Shown piece after piece: positions 36,470-46,477 of a stretch of DNA of 64,000 nucleotides. The translations under genes were made by a program, and so were the position numbers. The DNA is from Sphingomonas paucimobilis (GTDB lineage: Bacteria; Pseudomonadota; Alphaproteobacteria; Sphingomonadales; Sphingomonadaceae), in NCBI GenBank assembly GCA_943369235.1, contig CALRMO020000001.1:8211-72210 (forward strand), given 5' to 3'. Numbering within the stretch: position 1 is the first letter of the stretch; each line of letters opens with the position of its first letter. The notes beneath the pieces are model-generated. The model was not told where the DNA came from. It saw only the letters and a program-made list of their open reading frames with translations, and searched no databases.

Positions 36470-37738
36470 ATGAGCGAAGAAATTTCAGGTCTACCTGCCC
36501 GTCGCGCCGCGTTGCGTCTGCTCGACACGGTGATGCGAATGGGCACGCCGATGGATCAGGCAACAGCGAATGCGACCAAGGGCCTGTCGCCTCCTGACCG
36601 CGCGCTGGCGATTGCAATCGCGCAGGAAACCCTCCGTTGGTCGGTCGATCTCGACGCGCTGATCGACAGCAAGACCAATCAGGCTTTGCCCGATGATGCC
36701 AAGGCGCGGATGGTGCTTCGGCTGGCGCTCGCGCAGATACTGCGGTTGGGAACGCCTGCACATGCGGCAATTGCCACCGCGTTGCCTTTGGTCGATGGCG
36801 GGCCGCGGCGGCTGGTGCATGGGGTGTTGGGGTCTCTGCTCCGCGCCGAGGTCAAGCTGCCTGAAACACCCTCATTGCCGGAGGCCGTGATGATGCGCTG
36901 GCATCCGGCGTGGGGCGACGACATGATCGCAGGTGCGCAGGCAGCACTCGCCGAGCCGCCGCCGCTGGATCTGGCTTTGCGCGACCCTGCACAGACCGAT
37001 GAATGGGCCGAACGGCTCGGCGGAACCAGTCTGATGAACGGCCATGTCCGGCTTCCGCGCGGCACGGCTATCGAGGAACTCGACGGCTATGACGAAGGCG
37101 CATGGTGGGTTCAGGATCTCGCCGCAAGCCTGCCAGCCCGGTTATTGGGCGACGGGTCAGGCAAGCGCGCGCTCGACCTTTGCGCAGCGCCTGGGGGCAA
37201 GACAATGCAACTGTCAGCCGCTGGCTTTGTAGTGACTGCGCTCGACAATTCGGCACGGCGGATGGACCGGCTGGGGTCCAATCTCGAACGCACCCGGCTA
37301 AACGCCGAGCGGGTCAATGCCGATGTCATGGATTGGGAGCCGAAGCAGCAATATGACGCCATCCTGCTCGACGCGCCGTGCAGCGCTACCGGAACAATGC
37401 GACGCCATCCCGACGTATTGCAGCGTGTCGACATCAAGGCGATCAACAATCTCGCCGCCATTCAAAGCGCCATGCTTGACCGAGCGGCGAGCTGGGTGAA
37501 GCCCGGCGGGACGCTGGTGTTTGCGACGTGCTCGCTGGAGCGGGTCGAAGGCGAGGCGCAGGCCGATGCGTTTCTCGCGCGACATCCCGAATATTCGACT
37601 CAGGCTGCGACCGCCAACGAGTTGCCGGTGGGCGTAGCGCCGAATGCGCACGGCCATGTCCGCACGATTCCGCCGATGCTCGCTGAGCAAGGTGGTCTGG
37701 ACGGATTTTTCATGGCGAGGTTTGTTCGGGCCGGTTAA
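36470..37738 (+). CDS. RsmB/NOP family m5C RNA methyltransferase
   Basis: WWVQD, DLCAAPGGKT, LLDAPCSATGTMRRHPD, TCSLE, DGFF. Confidence 0.93.
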   Translation: MSEEISGLPARRAALRLLDTVMRMGTPMDQATANATKGLSPPDRALAIAIAQETLRWSVDLDALIDSKTNQALPDDAKARMVLRLALAQILRLGTPAHAAIATALPLVDGGPRRLVHGVLGSLLRAEVKLPETPSLPEAVMMRWHPAWGDDMIAGAQAALAEPPPLDLALRDPAQTDEWAERLGGTSLMNGHVRLPRGTAIEELDGYDEGAWWVQDLAASLPARLLGDGSGKRALDLCAAPGGKTMQLSAAGFVVTALDNSARRMDRLGSNLERTRLNAERVNADVMDWEPKQQYDAILLDAPCSATGTMRRHPDVLQRVDIKAINNLAAIQSAMLDRAASWVKPGGTLVFATCSLERVEGEAQADAFLARHPEYSTQAATANELPVGVAPNAHGHVRTIPPMLAEQGGLDGFFMARFVRAG

Positions 37739-38278
37739 GTGACAGCAATGATTGCGCCAACGCTCACCACCGCTCGCTTATCCATCGAACCGATGTCGAT
37801 CGCGCATTGGGAGGATTATGCAGCCGCATGGGCCGACCCGCGCATGACCGAATTCATTGGCGGTGAACCACGCAACCGCAACATGAGCTGGGGCAAATTT
37901 CTGCAGGGCATTGGGCTTTGGTCGGTGTTCGGTTACGGCTATTTGGCTGTGGTCGAACGCGAAAGCGGAATTTTCGTCGGCAATGCAGGACTGGCGCACT
38001 TCGAACGCGGGATTCCGGAACTGGAGGGTTATCCAGAAGCGGGCTGGGCCTTTGCCCGCGATGCATGGGGGAAAGGTTACGCGACTGAAGTCATGTCGGC
38101 TATACTTCGATGGGCCGATCAGAAAGCTTTGCCTGAAACCCGCTGCATTATCGATCCGGGCAACACAGCTTCGCACAATGTCGCGACCAAGTTGGGCTTC
38201 ACCAAATTTGCGGAATCGCACGACGTTATCGGCGACCTGTTCATATACAGCCGTAAGCCGCAGCTACCTTCACGATAA
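37739..38278 (+). CDS. GNAT family N-acetyltransferase (RimJ/RimL type)
   Basis: PEAGW, WGKGYATE, NTASHNVATKLGF. Confidence 0.9.
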   Translation: MTAMIAPTLTTARLSIEPMSIAHWEDYAAAWADPRMTEFIGGEPRNRNMSWGKFLQGIGLWSVFGYGYLAVVERESGIFVGNAGLAHFERGIPELEGYPEAGWAFARDAWGKGYATEVMSAILRWADQKALPETRCIIDPGNTASHNVATKLGFTKFAESHDVIGDLFIYSRKPQLPSR

Positions 38279-38338
38279 GCTGTGCATAACGCCGCCCGCT
38301 GGCTTGCCCCTGCGATTTTGCGCGGCTAAGCGCGGTAT

Positions 38339-39001
38339 ATGTCAAGCGCCATCCGCATTGCGCCTTCAATCCTCTCCGCCGATTTTGCGCGGTTGGGTGA
38401 GGAAGTGCGCGCGATCGATGAAGCCGGCTGCGACTGGATACATGTCGATGTGATGGACGGGCATTTCGTGCCCAATATCACCATTGGCCCGGCCGTTGTT
38501 AAAGCGCTCCGCCCGCACAGCGCAAAACCGTTTGATGTGCATTTGATGATTTCGCCGGTCGACGCGTTCGTAAAGGATTTTGCCGACGCGGGCGCGGACA
38601 TCATTTCTTTCCACCCCGAAGCCGGACCGCATCCGCACCGCACGGTTCAGCTCATCAAGTCGCTCGGCAAGATGGCAGGCGTTGTGCTGAACCCGGCGAC
38701 GCCCGCAAAGATGCTCGATTATCTTATCGAAGATATCGATCTGGTGCTGGTGATGAGCGTCAACCCCGGCTTTGGCGGACAGAGTTTCATTTCGAGCCAG
38801 CTTCGCAAAATCGAAGCTGTTCGCAAGATGATCGAAAAGACCGGGCGCGATATCCGCCTTGAGGTCGACGGCGGAATAACGGTCGAAACCGCGCCGCTGG
38901 CGATTGCGGCAGGCGCCGATACGCTGGTGGCGGGAACCGCGACTTTCAGGGGCGGGCCGGTGCGCTATGCCGCCAATATCCGGGCGCTGAGGGGTGAATG
39001 A
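38339..39001 (+). CDS. rpe: Ribulose-phosphate 3-epimerase
   Basis: [40 protein letters not shown]. Confidence 0.98.
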   Translation: MSSAIRIAPSILSADFARLGEEVRAIDEAGCDWIHVDVMDGHFVPNITIGPAVVKALRPHSAKPFDVHLMISPVDAFVKDFADAGADIISFHPEAGPHPHRTVQLIKSLGKMAGVVLNPATPAKMLDYLIEDIDLVLVMSVNPGFGGQSFISSQLRKIEAVRKMIEKTGRDIRLEVDGGITVETAPLAIAAGADTLVAGTATFRGGPVRYAANIRALRGE

Positions 39002-40716
39002 AGGTCAGCGATGAAGGCGGCATTGAAACACAGCAGACGGCCTTGATCGTCAGGCCCAAAGGTGCGGGCCAAAATCTTCTCGAGCGCTTATCCCTTCAAT
39101 TTTACAAGCTGACATGGCGCACACCTCTGCATAACGGTCGGCTCAAGGGCAAGGTGCCATTGCGCTTGCTCGCGGTGCCGCAAGACCCGTTGAAGGGCAA
39201 TGTTGCGCAGGGCCAGTCGCTGCGCATGGGCAAATTCCATGTCCACGGCTTTGAACAGGCCTTTGAAGGGCTGGATTATCAGAAGCTCACTTTGCCCCCT
39301 GCGCTCACCGATTATATCCACCGCTTCGACTGGTTGCGCGATCTGGCGGCGGCGACCCATCGCGGTGAGGGTGCGCCCGTTGCAGCGCACATCGCCAATG
39401 ACTGGCTGGTCGCAAACGGCATGAAGACGCGCGAGCCGGCATGGCGGGTCGATAATTGCGCGTGGCGGTTGCTCAACATGGCGGCGGGTTCGCCATTTCT
39501 GCTGACCAGCACCGATCCTGTTTACCGCTCCCGCGTCATCAACCATTTCGCCCGCGTCGCGCGCCATCTCGACCAGAGCGCACCGCGTGCGCAAAGCCAT
39601 TTTGCCAAGAGCGTCGGCTGGGCTGGCGTGGTCGCCGCGTCTTTGTTGCTACCCGAAGGCAAAGCAAGGCGCGCGGTCGGCGAGAACGGGCTTCGGGAAA
39701 CATTGGCGGTCACGGTCTTTGCCGATGGCGGCGTGGTGTCGCGTTCGCCCGTTCAACTCATGGAATTGATCGGTCTCTTAAGCTTGCTCAAGCAATGCTA
39801 TGCGGCGCGCGACGAAATCCCGCCCGCGTTCCTCACTGATGCGCTGGGACGCGCGGTTCCAGCCTTGTTGGGCTTGACTCACGCCGATGGCGGTCTCGGT
39901 GCGTGGCAGGGATCGGCGCATATTGCTGCGGAACGGATCGAGGCGCTGGTTACGGCAAGCGAGGTTCGCGCTCGTCCGCACCGGCAGGCGCTCGACTGGG
40001 GCTATCAACGCGTGTCGGCGGGCAAATCGGTATTGCTGCTCGACGCAGGGCCGCCGCCGCTGGCCCGGCAATCGGCGTCGGGCTGTGCCTCGACGCTGGC
40101 CTTCGAGCTGTCGCACGGGGCACAGCGAATTATCGTCAATTGCGGCGGTGCGGCCTTGGTCGGTGCCAGCATTCCGGCGGCGCTGGCTCGCGGCCTGCGG
40201 ACAACGGCGGCGCATTCGACCTTGTGCATTAATGACACCAACTCGACGGCAATCCTGCAGGGCGGGCAGCTTGGGAGGGGCGTCGCCGAGGTCGGGCTGG
40301 AACGCCGCGACGTCGATGCCGCCACGCGGATCGAGGCGAGCCATGACGGCTATGTTCGGGGCTTTGGCTATAATCATTCGCGGTTGCTCATTCTCCGCTC
40401 GGACGGAATGGAATTGCGCGGCGAGGATACGTTGTTGCCGCAGGGCAAGCCAAAGGATGGCACGCCGGTCCATGTCCGTTTTCACCTCGGGCCGAACATC
40501 GAAATCATGCCGACCGACAATATAAAAACCGCGTTGTTGCGGATGGCCGACGGCGGCAACTGGGCGTTCGCAGCGGCAGGCGGAACGCTGACCATCGACG
40601 ACAGTCTGTGGGTCGACGAAGAGGGCCGCCCGCACCCAACACGCCAGCTTGTGATTGCCGCCGACACTGGTAAAGGCGGCCTCACCATCGGCTGGCAGCT
40701 TCGCCATTTAGGATAA
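38998..40716 (+). CDS. Heparinase II/III family protein
   Basis: IIVNCG, TAAHSTL, ASHDGY; conserved position between rpe and purH. Confidence 0.85.
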   Translation: MKVSDEGGIETQQTALIVRPKGAGQNLLERLSLQFYKLTWRTPLHNGRLKGKVPLRLLAVPQDPLKGNVAQGQSLRMGKFHVHGFEQAFEGLDYQKLTLPPALTDYIHRFDWLRDLAAATHRGEGAPVAAHIANDWLVANGMKTREPAWRVDNCAWRLLNMAAGSPFLLTSTDPVYRSRVINHFARVARHLDQSAPRAQSHFAKSVGWAGVVAASLLLPEGKARRAVGENGLRETLAVTVFADGGVVSRSPVQLMELIGLLSLLKQCYAARDEIPPAFLTDALGRAVPALLGLTHADGGLGAWQGSAHIAAERIEALVTASEVRARPHRQALDWGYQRVSAGKSVLLLDAGPPPLARQSASGCASTLAFELSHGAQRIIVNCGGAALVGASIPAALARGLRTTAAHSTLCINDTNSTAILQGGQLGRGVAEVGLERRDVDAATRIEASHDGYVRGFGYNHSRLLILRSDGMELRGEDTLLPQGKPKDGTPVHVRFHLGPNIEIMPTDNIKTALLRMADGGNWAFAAAGGTLTIDDSLWVDEEGRPHPTRQLVIAADTGKGGLTIGWQLRHLG

Positions 40717-40720
40717 AAAT

Positions 40721-42310
40721 ATGCAAGACGTCGTTATCAAGCGGGCCCTGTTATCGGTTTCGGACAAGGCCGGACTGGTCGAGCTGGGGCACGCGCTGGC
40801 GGCGCGGCATGTCGAACTGGTATCGACCGGCGGCACAGCAAAGACATTGCGCGACGCAGGTCTTCAGGTGAAGGATATCAGCGAGCTCACCGGCTTTCCC
40901 GAAATGATGGATGGCCGCGTGAAGACGCTTCACCCCAAGGTGCACGGCGGGCTTTTGGCTGTGCGCGACAATGCCGAGCATGTGGTCTCGATGAAGGAGC
41001 ATGATATCGGCGCGATCGACCTCGTGGTTGTCAATCTGTACCCCTTCGCACAGACCGTCGCCAAGGGTGCAAGCCGTGACGAGATTATCGAGAATATCGA
41101 CATTGGCGGGCCGTCGATGGTCCGCAGCGCGGCGAAAAATCATGCCTATGTCACGATCGTCACCGACCCCGCCGATTACGACAATCTGATTGCCGAAATG
41201 GAAGAAAGCGGCGGCAAAACCTCGTATGACTTCCGCCGCAAATGTGCTGCCAAGGCCTATTCGGCAACTGCGGCCTATGACAGCATGATCAGCCAGTGGT
41301 TCGCTTTTGCCGACCAGCAGCAGCTGTTTCCCGACATGCTCGCCGTCAATGGAAATCGCGTGACCGAGCTGCGCTACGGCGAAAACCCCCACCAGCGCGC
41401 CGCGCTTTATGTGCCCGTCGGGCCCTATGGTACAGGGATAGCCCAGGCCGAGCAGGTGCAGGGCAAGGAGCTATCGTATAATAATTATAACGACGCCGAT
41501 GCGGCATTGGAGCTGGTTAGCGAGTTTCGCGACGGGCCGCCGACGGTGGTCATTGTCAAGCACGCCAATCCGTGCGGCGTGGCCACGGGCGAGACTCTGA
41601 TCGACGCCTATCGCGCGGCGCTCGAATGCGACAGCGTTTCCGCTTTTGGCGGGATTGTCGCCGTCAACCGCCCGCTTGATGAAGCGACTGCCGAAGCGAT
41701 TACCGAGATATTCACTGAAGTCGTGGCAGCGCCGTCAGCCGATGATGCGGCGAAGGCGGTGTTTGCCAAAAAGAAAAATTTGCGCCTGTTGCTGACAGGG
41801 GACTTGCCCGATCCAAAGCGCGGCGGGCTCGCAATCAAGCCGATTACTGGCGGGCTGCTGGTACAGTCGCGTGACAACGGACATGTCGCCGATAGTGAGT
41901 TCAGGGTTGTGACACAGCGTACGCCGACCGCTCAGGAGCTCGCCGACTGCCGCTTTGCCTGGACGGTGGCGAAGCATGTGAAGTCGAACGCGATTGTCTA
42001 CGCCAAGGATGGTGCGACAGCTGGTATCGGTGCGGGCCAGATGAACCGCCGCGACAGCGCGCGCATTGCTGCGATCAAGGCGAAGGAAGCCGCTGAGAAT
42101 TATGGCTGGGGCGAAGCCCGCACGGTTGGTTCAGCGGTTGCTTCGGACGCCTTCTTCCCGTTTGCCGACGGCTTGCTTGCCGCCGCCGAAGCAGGGGCGA
42201 CGGCAGTTATCCAGCCCGGCGGATCGATGCGCGACGACGAGGTCATCGCCGCCGCCGATGAAGCCGGTCTCGCCATGGTCTTTACCGGCATGCGGCATTT
42301 CCGGCATTGA
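40721..42310 (+). CDS. purH: Bifunctional AICAR transformylase/IMP cyclohydrolase
   Basis: [41 protein letters not shown]. Confidence 0.99.
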   Translation: MQDVVIKRALLSVSDKAGLVELGHALAARHVELVSTGGTAKTLRDAGLQVKDISELTGFPEMMDGRVKTLHPKVHGGLLAVRDNAEHVVSMKEHDIGAIDLVVVNLYPFAQTVAKGASRDEIIENIDIGGPSMVRSAAKNHAYVTIVTDPADYDNLIAEMEESGGKTSYDFRRKCAAKAYSATAAYDSMISQWFAFADQQQLFPDMLAVNGNRVTELRYGENPHQRAALYVPVGPYGTGIAQAEQVQGKELSYNNYNDADAALELVSEFRDGPPTVVIVKHANPCGVATGETLIDAYRAALECDSVSAFGGIVAVNRPLDEATAEAITEIFTEVVAAPSADDAAKAVFAKKKNLRLLLTGDLPDPKRGGLAIKPITGGLLVQSRDNGHVADSEFRVVTQRTPTAQELADCRFAWTVAKHVKSNAIVYAKDGATAGIGAGQMNRRDSARIAAIKAKEAAENYGWGEARTVGSAVASDAFFPFADGLLAAAEAGATAVIQPGGSMRDDEVIAAADEAGLAMVFTGMRHFRH

Positions 42311-42333
42311 ACCAAGCCCGTAGCCCCAACCTT

Positions 42334-42444
42334 TGTCATCCTCGCGAAAGCGGGGATCCATGGCCAGGGCTATCAGCGCTACACCAAGTTGTTGATTGAT
42401 GAGGCGCAATCAGGCCATGAATTCCCGCTTTCGCGGGAATGACA
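42334..42444. repeat. REPIN-like doublet of TGTC-tagged REPs (111 bp)
   Basis: Arms 42334-42365 and 42413-42444, 28/32 inverted identity, 47 bp spacer. Confidence 0.9.
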
Positions 42445-42468
42445 ATATTAGATTGATATCAGCGAACT

Positions 42469-44010
42469 TTACCCAGCCCGCTTTACCGGGCCCCTGAAGT
42501 TACCATTACCGCCCTTTTTCGGGCCGTAATTGCGTGCAGGTGCGCCGGGATCGCGCCGGTTTTCGCTGCGGGCGGCAAAGGCGCGGTCGGCGGTTGGGCG
42601 ACGATCACCTGCTGGCGCATTGTCGTTGCGCGGGCGAGGCGTTGCCGCACCTTCACGGCTTCCGTCGCGAGGGCCAGCCGCTGGCGACCAGCCGCCTTGC
42701 GGGGCATGAGTGCGGTTGCGGGTTTCGCCATTGCGTCCGGTGCCGCCATTGTTGCCGCCTAGTTTCTTGCCTGCATAGTTGGTACGGCCACCGCCGGGGT
42801 GACCACCACCCCGACCGCCGCGCGCGCCTTCGGGCTTTTTGTCGGCCGCTGGAGGCGGCAATGCCGCAACCGCTGCACGAAAGCCTTCGGGCAAACCAAG
42901 CGTCATTGCGCGAACACCGGTCAGGCGCTCGATATCCTTCATATAGCCACGCTCGTCACCCGCGACGAAGCTCATCGCCACGCCTTCACGGCCGGCACGC
43001 GCGGTGCGGCCGATGCGGTGGACATATTGCTCTGGCACATTGGGAAGTTCGAAATTGAACACATGGCTGACGCCGGGGACGTCGATACCGCGTGCGGCAA
43101 TATCGGTTGCGACAAGGATCTTGATCTTGCCGTCACGGAAGGCCTGCAGCGCAGCGGTGCGCTGGCCCTGGCTCTTGTTGCCGTGGATTGCCGCTGACTG
43201 GATACCAGCGCCCGCAAGGCCGCGCACGACGCGGTCGGCGCCGTGCTTGGTGCGGGTGAAAACAAGCGCGCGGTCGATTTCTTCGCTTTGCAACTTAAGC
43301 GTCAGCAAAGTCTGCTTTTCGCGTTGCTCGACAAAGGTCACGAACTGTTCGACGCGCTCAGCAGTGGTCGCCGCTGGCGCAACCGAAACGCGGACCGGGT
43401 TATTCAGGAAACGGTTGCCCAATTCGGCAATCGCCTTTGGCATGGTCGCCGAGAAGAACAGGGTCTGGCGCTGTTTCGGCAGCAACTGGTCGATGCGTTT
43501 CAACGCATGGATAAAGCCAAGGTCCATCATCTGGTCGGCTTCGTCGAGAACGAAGATTTCAACGTCCTTCAGTGTCACCGCACGCTGCTCGATCAAATCA
43601 ATCAGGCGGCCCGGGGTTGCCACGAGGATATCGACGCCAGCGGCAAGCCGCTTCTTCTGGCTGAAAATCGGCATTCCGCCGAATACGCAATCGACCTTTA
43701 GGCCAAGGAACTTGCCATAGGTGCGGAAGCTGTCGGCGATTTGGGCCGCCAATTCGCGCGTTGGCGAGAGCACTAGCATCCGGCAGCTATATTGCTGACG
43801 TGCTTTCGGCTTGGTCGCGAAATGGTGAAGCGACGGCAGCGCGAACGCAGCGGTCTTGCCGGTGCCAGTCTGCGCGATACCGCACAGGTCGCGGCCCTGG
43901 AGCAAGGCAGGGATAGCCTGCTGCTGGATCGGGGTCGGGGTATCGTAACCAGCGGCTTCAAGCGCCTTGAGGATAGGTTGGGCAAGGCCCAGGTCTTGGA
44001 AAAAAGACAT
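42469..44010 (-). CDS. DEAD-box RNA helicase (RhlE-like)
   Basis: PTPIQ, AQTGTGKT, PTRELA, DEAD, SAT, HRIGRTAR; Gly/Arg-rich tail. Confidence 0.96.
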   Translation of the reverse strand: MSFFQDLGLAQPILKALEAAGYDTPTPIQQQAIPALLQGRDLCGIAQTGTGKTAAFALPSLHHFATKPKARQQYSCRMLVLSPTRELAAQIADSFRTYGKFLGLKVDCVFGGMPIFSQKKRLAAGVDILVATPGRLIDLIEQRAVTLKDVEIFVLDEADQMMDLGFIHALKRIDQLLPKQRQTLFFSATMPKAIAELGNRFLNNPVRVSVAPAATTAERVEQFVTFVEQREKQTLLTLKLQSEEIDRALVFTRTKHGADRVVRGLAGAGIQSAAIHGNKSQGQRTAALQAFRDGKIKILVATDIAARGIDVPGVSHVFNFELPNVPEQYVHRIGRTARAGREGVAMSFVAGDERGYMKDIERLTGVRAMTLGLPEGFRAAVAALPPPAADKKPEGARGGRGGGHPGGGRTNYAGKKLGGNNGGTGRNGETRNRTHAPQGGWSPAAGPRDGSREGAATPRPRNDNAPAGDRRPTADRAFAARSENRRDPGAPARNYGPKKGGNGNFRGPVKRAG

Positions 44011-44332
44011 ATTCATACTTTCAAAATATTTGTCGCAGCCCAAGGCGCGAGTCCTTGAATCAGGACCGCACAGGCGCGACAGCAGGTGTTCGGGAGCAGC
44101 GTATGCCGACCCGTTGGAAACAACCCTGCGTGATATGGGAAGCCTCTAAGCTCTGCGCATCTTGTTCGATTGGCGAGGCCACCATTTGCGACCCTCACGC
44201 TGCCAATACTGCGGCGGTCTTGTCCGCTCGCCTTATGCGCTTAGGGGCCATATGGTCGCAAGCACCCGAAAAAGCAAGTTGTTTGTGCAATGCAGCAGCG
44301 ACTGGACTATGCTGCGAATTCGCAACCTGTTG

Positions 44333-44347
44333 TTAACCATCTATTAG
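44333..44347 (+). promoter_or_regulatory. CtrA-like box upstream of the glycosylation operon
   Basis: TTAA-CCATCTA-TTAG (TTAA-N7-TTAA with one mismatch; includes TTAACCAT). Confidence 0.4.
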
Positions 44348-44396
44348 GGCATTTCGTTCAGAGGTTTTTCCAGTGCTTTTCAGTGGGGAAAATCAA

Positions 44397-45989
44397 GTGA
44401 CTATTCAGGGGCAAAATAACGTTGACGTGGCAATCATTGGAGCAGGACCTGCGGGCCTGACGGCAGCCTATTTGCTAACCAAAAAGGGTTATAGCGTTAC
44501 CGTCATCGAAAAAGACGAACGCTATGTCGGCGGCATAAGCCGGACAGTTGAGGTCGATGGCTATCGCTTCGATATCGGCGGCCATCGCTTTTTCTCCAAA
44601 TCCAAAGAGGTCGTAGACCTCTGGAACGAAATTTTGCCCAACGACTTTATTCAGCGCCCGCGCATGAGCCGCATTTATTATGAAGGCAAATTCTACAGCT
44701 ATCCGCTGCGCGCGTTTGAAGCCCTGTTCAACCTCGGTATCATCCGTTCGACGCTGTGCATGGCAAGCTATGCCAAGGCGAAGGTCTTTCCGAACAAGAA
44801 TGTCCGAAGCTTTCAGGATTGGACCGTAAACCAGTTCGGTCACAAATTATTCTCGATTTTCTTCAAGACCTATACCGAAAAGGTATGGGGTATGCCGTGC
44901 GACGAAATGTCTGCAGACTGGGCGGCGCAGCGCATCAAGGGGCTGAGCCTCGGCGCTGCGGTTATGGACGGGTTGAAGCGCTCATTTGGCATGAATAAAA
45001 AGCCCAATGACGGCATGGAAACGAAAACCTTGCTCGAAACCTTCCGCTATCCGCGGTTGGGGCCGGGCATGATGTGGGACGCTGCGCGCGATTTTGTCGT
45101 CGCTAAGGGCAACAGTGTTCTGATGGGCCACAGTTTCAAGCAGTTAGCGCAGGATGCCGATGGCAACTGGCGCATGTCTGCGAGCAAGGCCGATGGCAGC
45201 GAAGCCGTGATTACCGCCAAGCACGTCATCAGCAGCGCGCCGATGCGCGAGCTGTCGGCGCGGATCCATCCGCTGCCGCAAACGTCGTTGCAGGCAAACA
45301 ATTTGCGTTACCGCGATTTCCTGACCGTTGCCTTGATGATCAAGTCAGACGACCTGTTCCCAGACAACTGGATATATATCCACGACAGCAAGGTCCAGGT
45401 CGGCCGCGTACAGAATTTCCGCAGCTGGTCGCCCGAAATGGTGCCTGATCCTTCGATTGCCTGCGTCGGCCTCGAATATTTCTGCTTTGAAAATGACAAT
45501 CTGTGGGCGTCGAGCGATGCCGAGCTGATCGAACTAGCCAAAAAGGAAATGGGCATTCTTGGTCTGTGCAAACCCGAAGACGTCGTCGGCGGCGCGGTGG
45601 TTCGTCAGGAAAAGGCCTATCCGGTTTACGACGATGATTATGCCGCAAATGTCGAGGCAATGCGTGCCGAACTTGAAGGCAAATTCCCCACGCTGCACAT
45701 GGTTGGCCGCAACGGGATGCACCGTTACAACAATCAGGATCACGCAATGATGACTGCAATGCTGACGGTCGAGAACATCGCGGCCGGTTCACGCGTTTAC
45801 AATATCTGGAACGTCAACGAAGACGCCGAATATCATGAAGCCGGCGACGAGGGCGCACAACAGGTTATCGCGGCAAAGGTCACCGAGGATCAGGCAGCAG
45901 CGCTGACGTCGGAGCGCGACGTGCCCAAGCGGATTTCTGGCAAAGCCGGTGCTAGTGAAGACGAGCACAAGGTCAGCAAGGCGGCTTAG
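44397..45989 (+). CDS. FAD-dependent oxidoreductase, UDP-galactopyranose-mutase-like
   Basis: GAGPAG dinucleotide fold, FDIGGHRFF, KAYPVY, GRNGMHRYNNQDHA; SD GGGGA before GTG 44397. Confidence 0.85.
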   Translation: MTIQGQNNVDVAIIGAGPAGLTAAYLLTKKGYSVTVIEKDERYVGGISRTVEVDGYRFDIGGHRFFSKSKEVVDLWNEILPNDFIQRPRMSRIYYEGKFYSYPLRAFEALFNLGIIRSTLCMASYAKAKVFPNKNVRSFQDWTVNQFGHKLFSIFFKTYTEKVWGMPCDEMSADWAAQRIKGLSLGAAVMDGLKRSFGMNKKPNDGMETKTLLETFRYPRLGPGMMWDAARDFVVAKGNSVLMGHSFKQLAQDADGNWRMSASKADGSEAVITAKHVISSAPMRELSARIHPLPQTSLQANNLRYRDFLTVALMIKSDDLFPDNWIYIHDSKVQVGRVQNFRSWSPEMVPDPSIACVGLEYFCFENDNLWASSDAELIELAKKEMGILGLCKPEDVVGGAVVRQEKAYPVYDDDYAANVEAMRAELEGKFPTLHMVGRNGMHRYNNQDHAMMTAMLTVENIAAGSRVYNIWNVNEDAEYHEAGDEGAQQVIAAKVTEDQAAALTSERDVPKRISGKAGASEDEHKVSKAA

Positions 45990-46057
45990 GCGGCAAAGGT
46001 AGGGGCAGGCATGAATCCGCCTGCCCAAACTTGCAAATTAAAATCAGGGACGGCGCA

Positions 46058-46477
46058 ATGAGGGTTTTGGTAGGCAGATTGCGGGCAAATACTTTCCTGC
46101 GCTATCTTGTGGTAAGCGTCGGCGCACTCGCGACGGATATGGCAGTCTTTCTGCTTCTTCTAAACGTAGGTGTATCCAGCGTCGCGGCATCGGCAATCGG
46201 CTATTTGGTCGGGATATTGGCTCACTGGATGTTATCGAGCCGCAAGGTCTTTCAGGATCGCGTCTCGCAACGGGGAACGTCGGAGCGGACCCAGCAAAAA
46301 GCCATGTTTGTAATGTCTGCGTTGCTCGGCTTGGGCACAACTATAGCGATTGTCGGTTTCGGTGAATGGCTTGGCGGCGATCCGCGCCTGGCGAAGCTTG
46401 TGGCAATTGGCGTCTCTTTCCAGCTGACCTATCTTCTGCGCAACGTTCTCATCTTTCGGTCTAGCCGGACTGCTTGA
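46058..46477 (+). CDS. GtrA family polyprenyl-phosphate sugar flippase
   Basis: Small four-TM protein: FLRYLVVSVGALATD, SAIGYLVG...KVF, LAKLVAIGVSFQLTY. Confidence 0.88.
   Translation: MRVLVGRLRANTFLRYLVVSVGALATDMAVFLLLLNVGVSSVAASAIGYLVGILAHWMLSSRKVFQDRVSQRGTSERTQQKAMFVMSALLGLGTTIAIVGFGEWLGGDPRLAKLVAIGVSFQLTYLLRNVLIFRSSRTA

Noticed and set aside
42469-42860. Low-complexity Gly/Arg/Pro tail as a novel repeat domain
   Set aside because: A disordered basic C-terminal tail is normal for RhlE-type DEAD-box helicases.
44055-44347. Small ORFs in the helicase/flavoenzyme intergenic gap
   Set aside because: Cys-rich, with no SD or motifs; more simply explained as two divergent promoter and leader regions.
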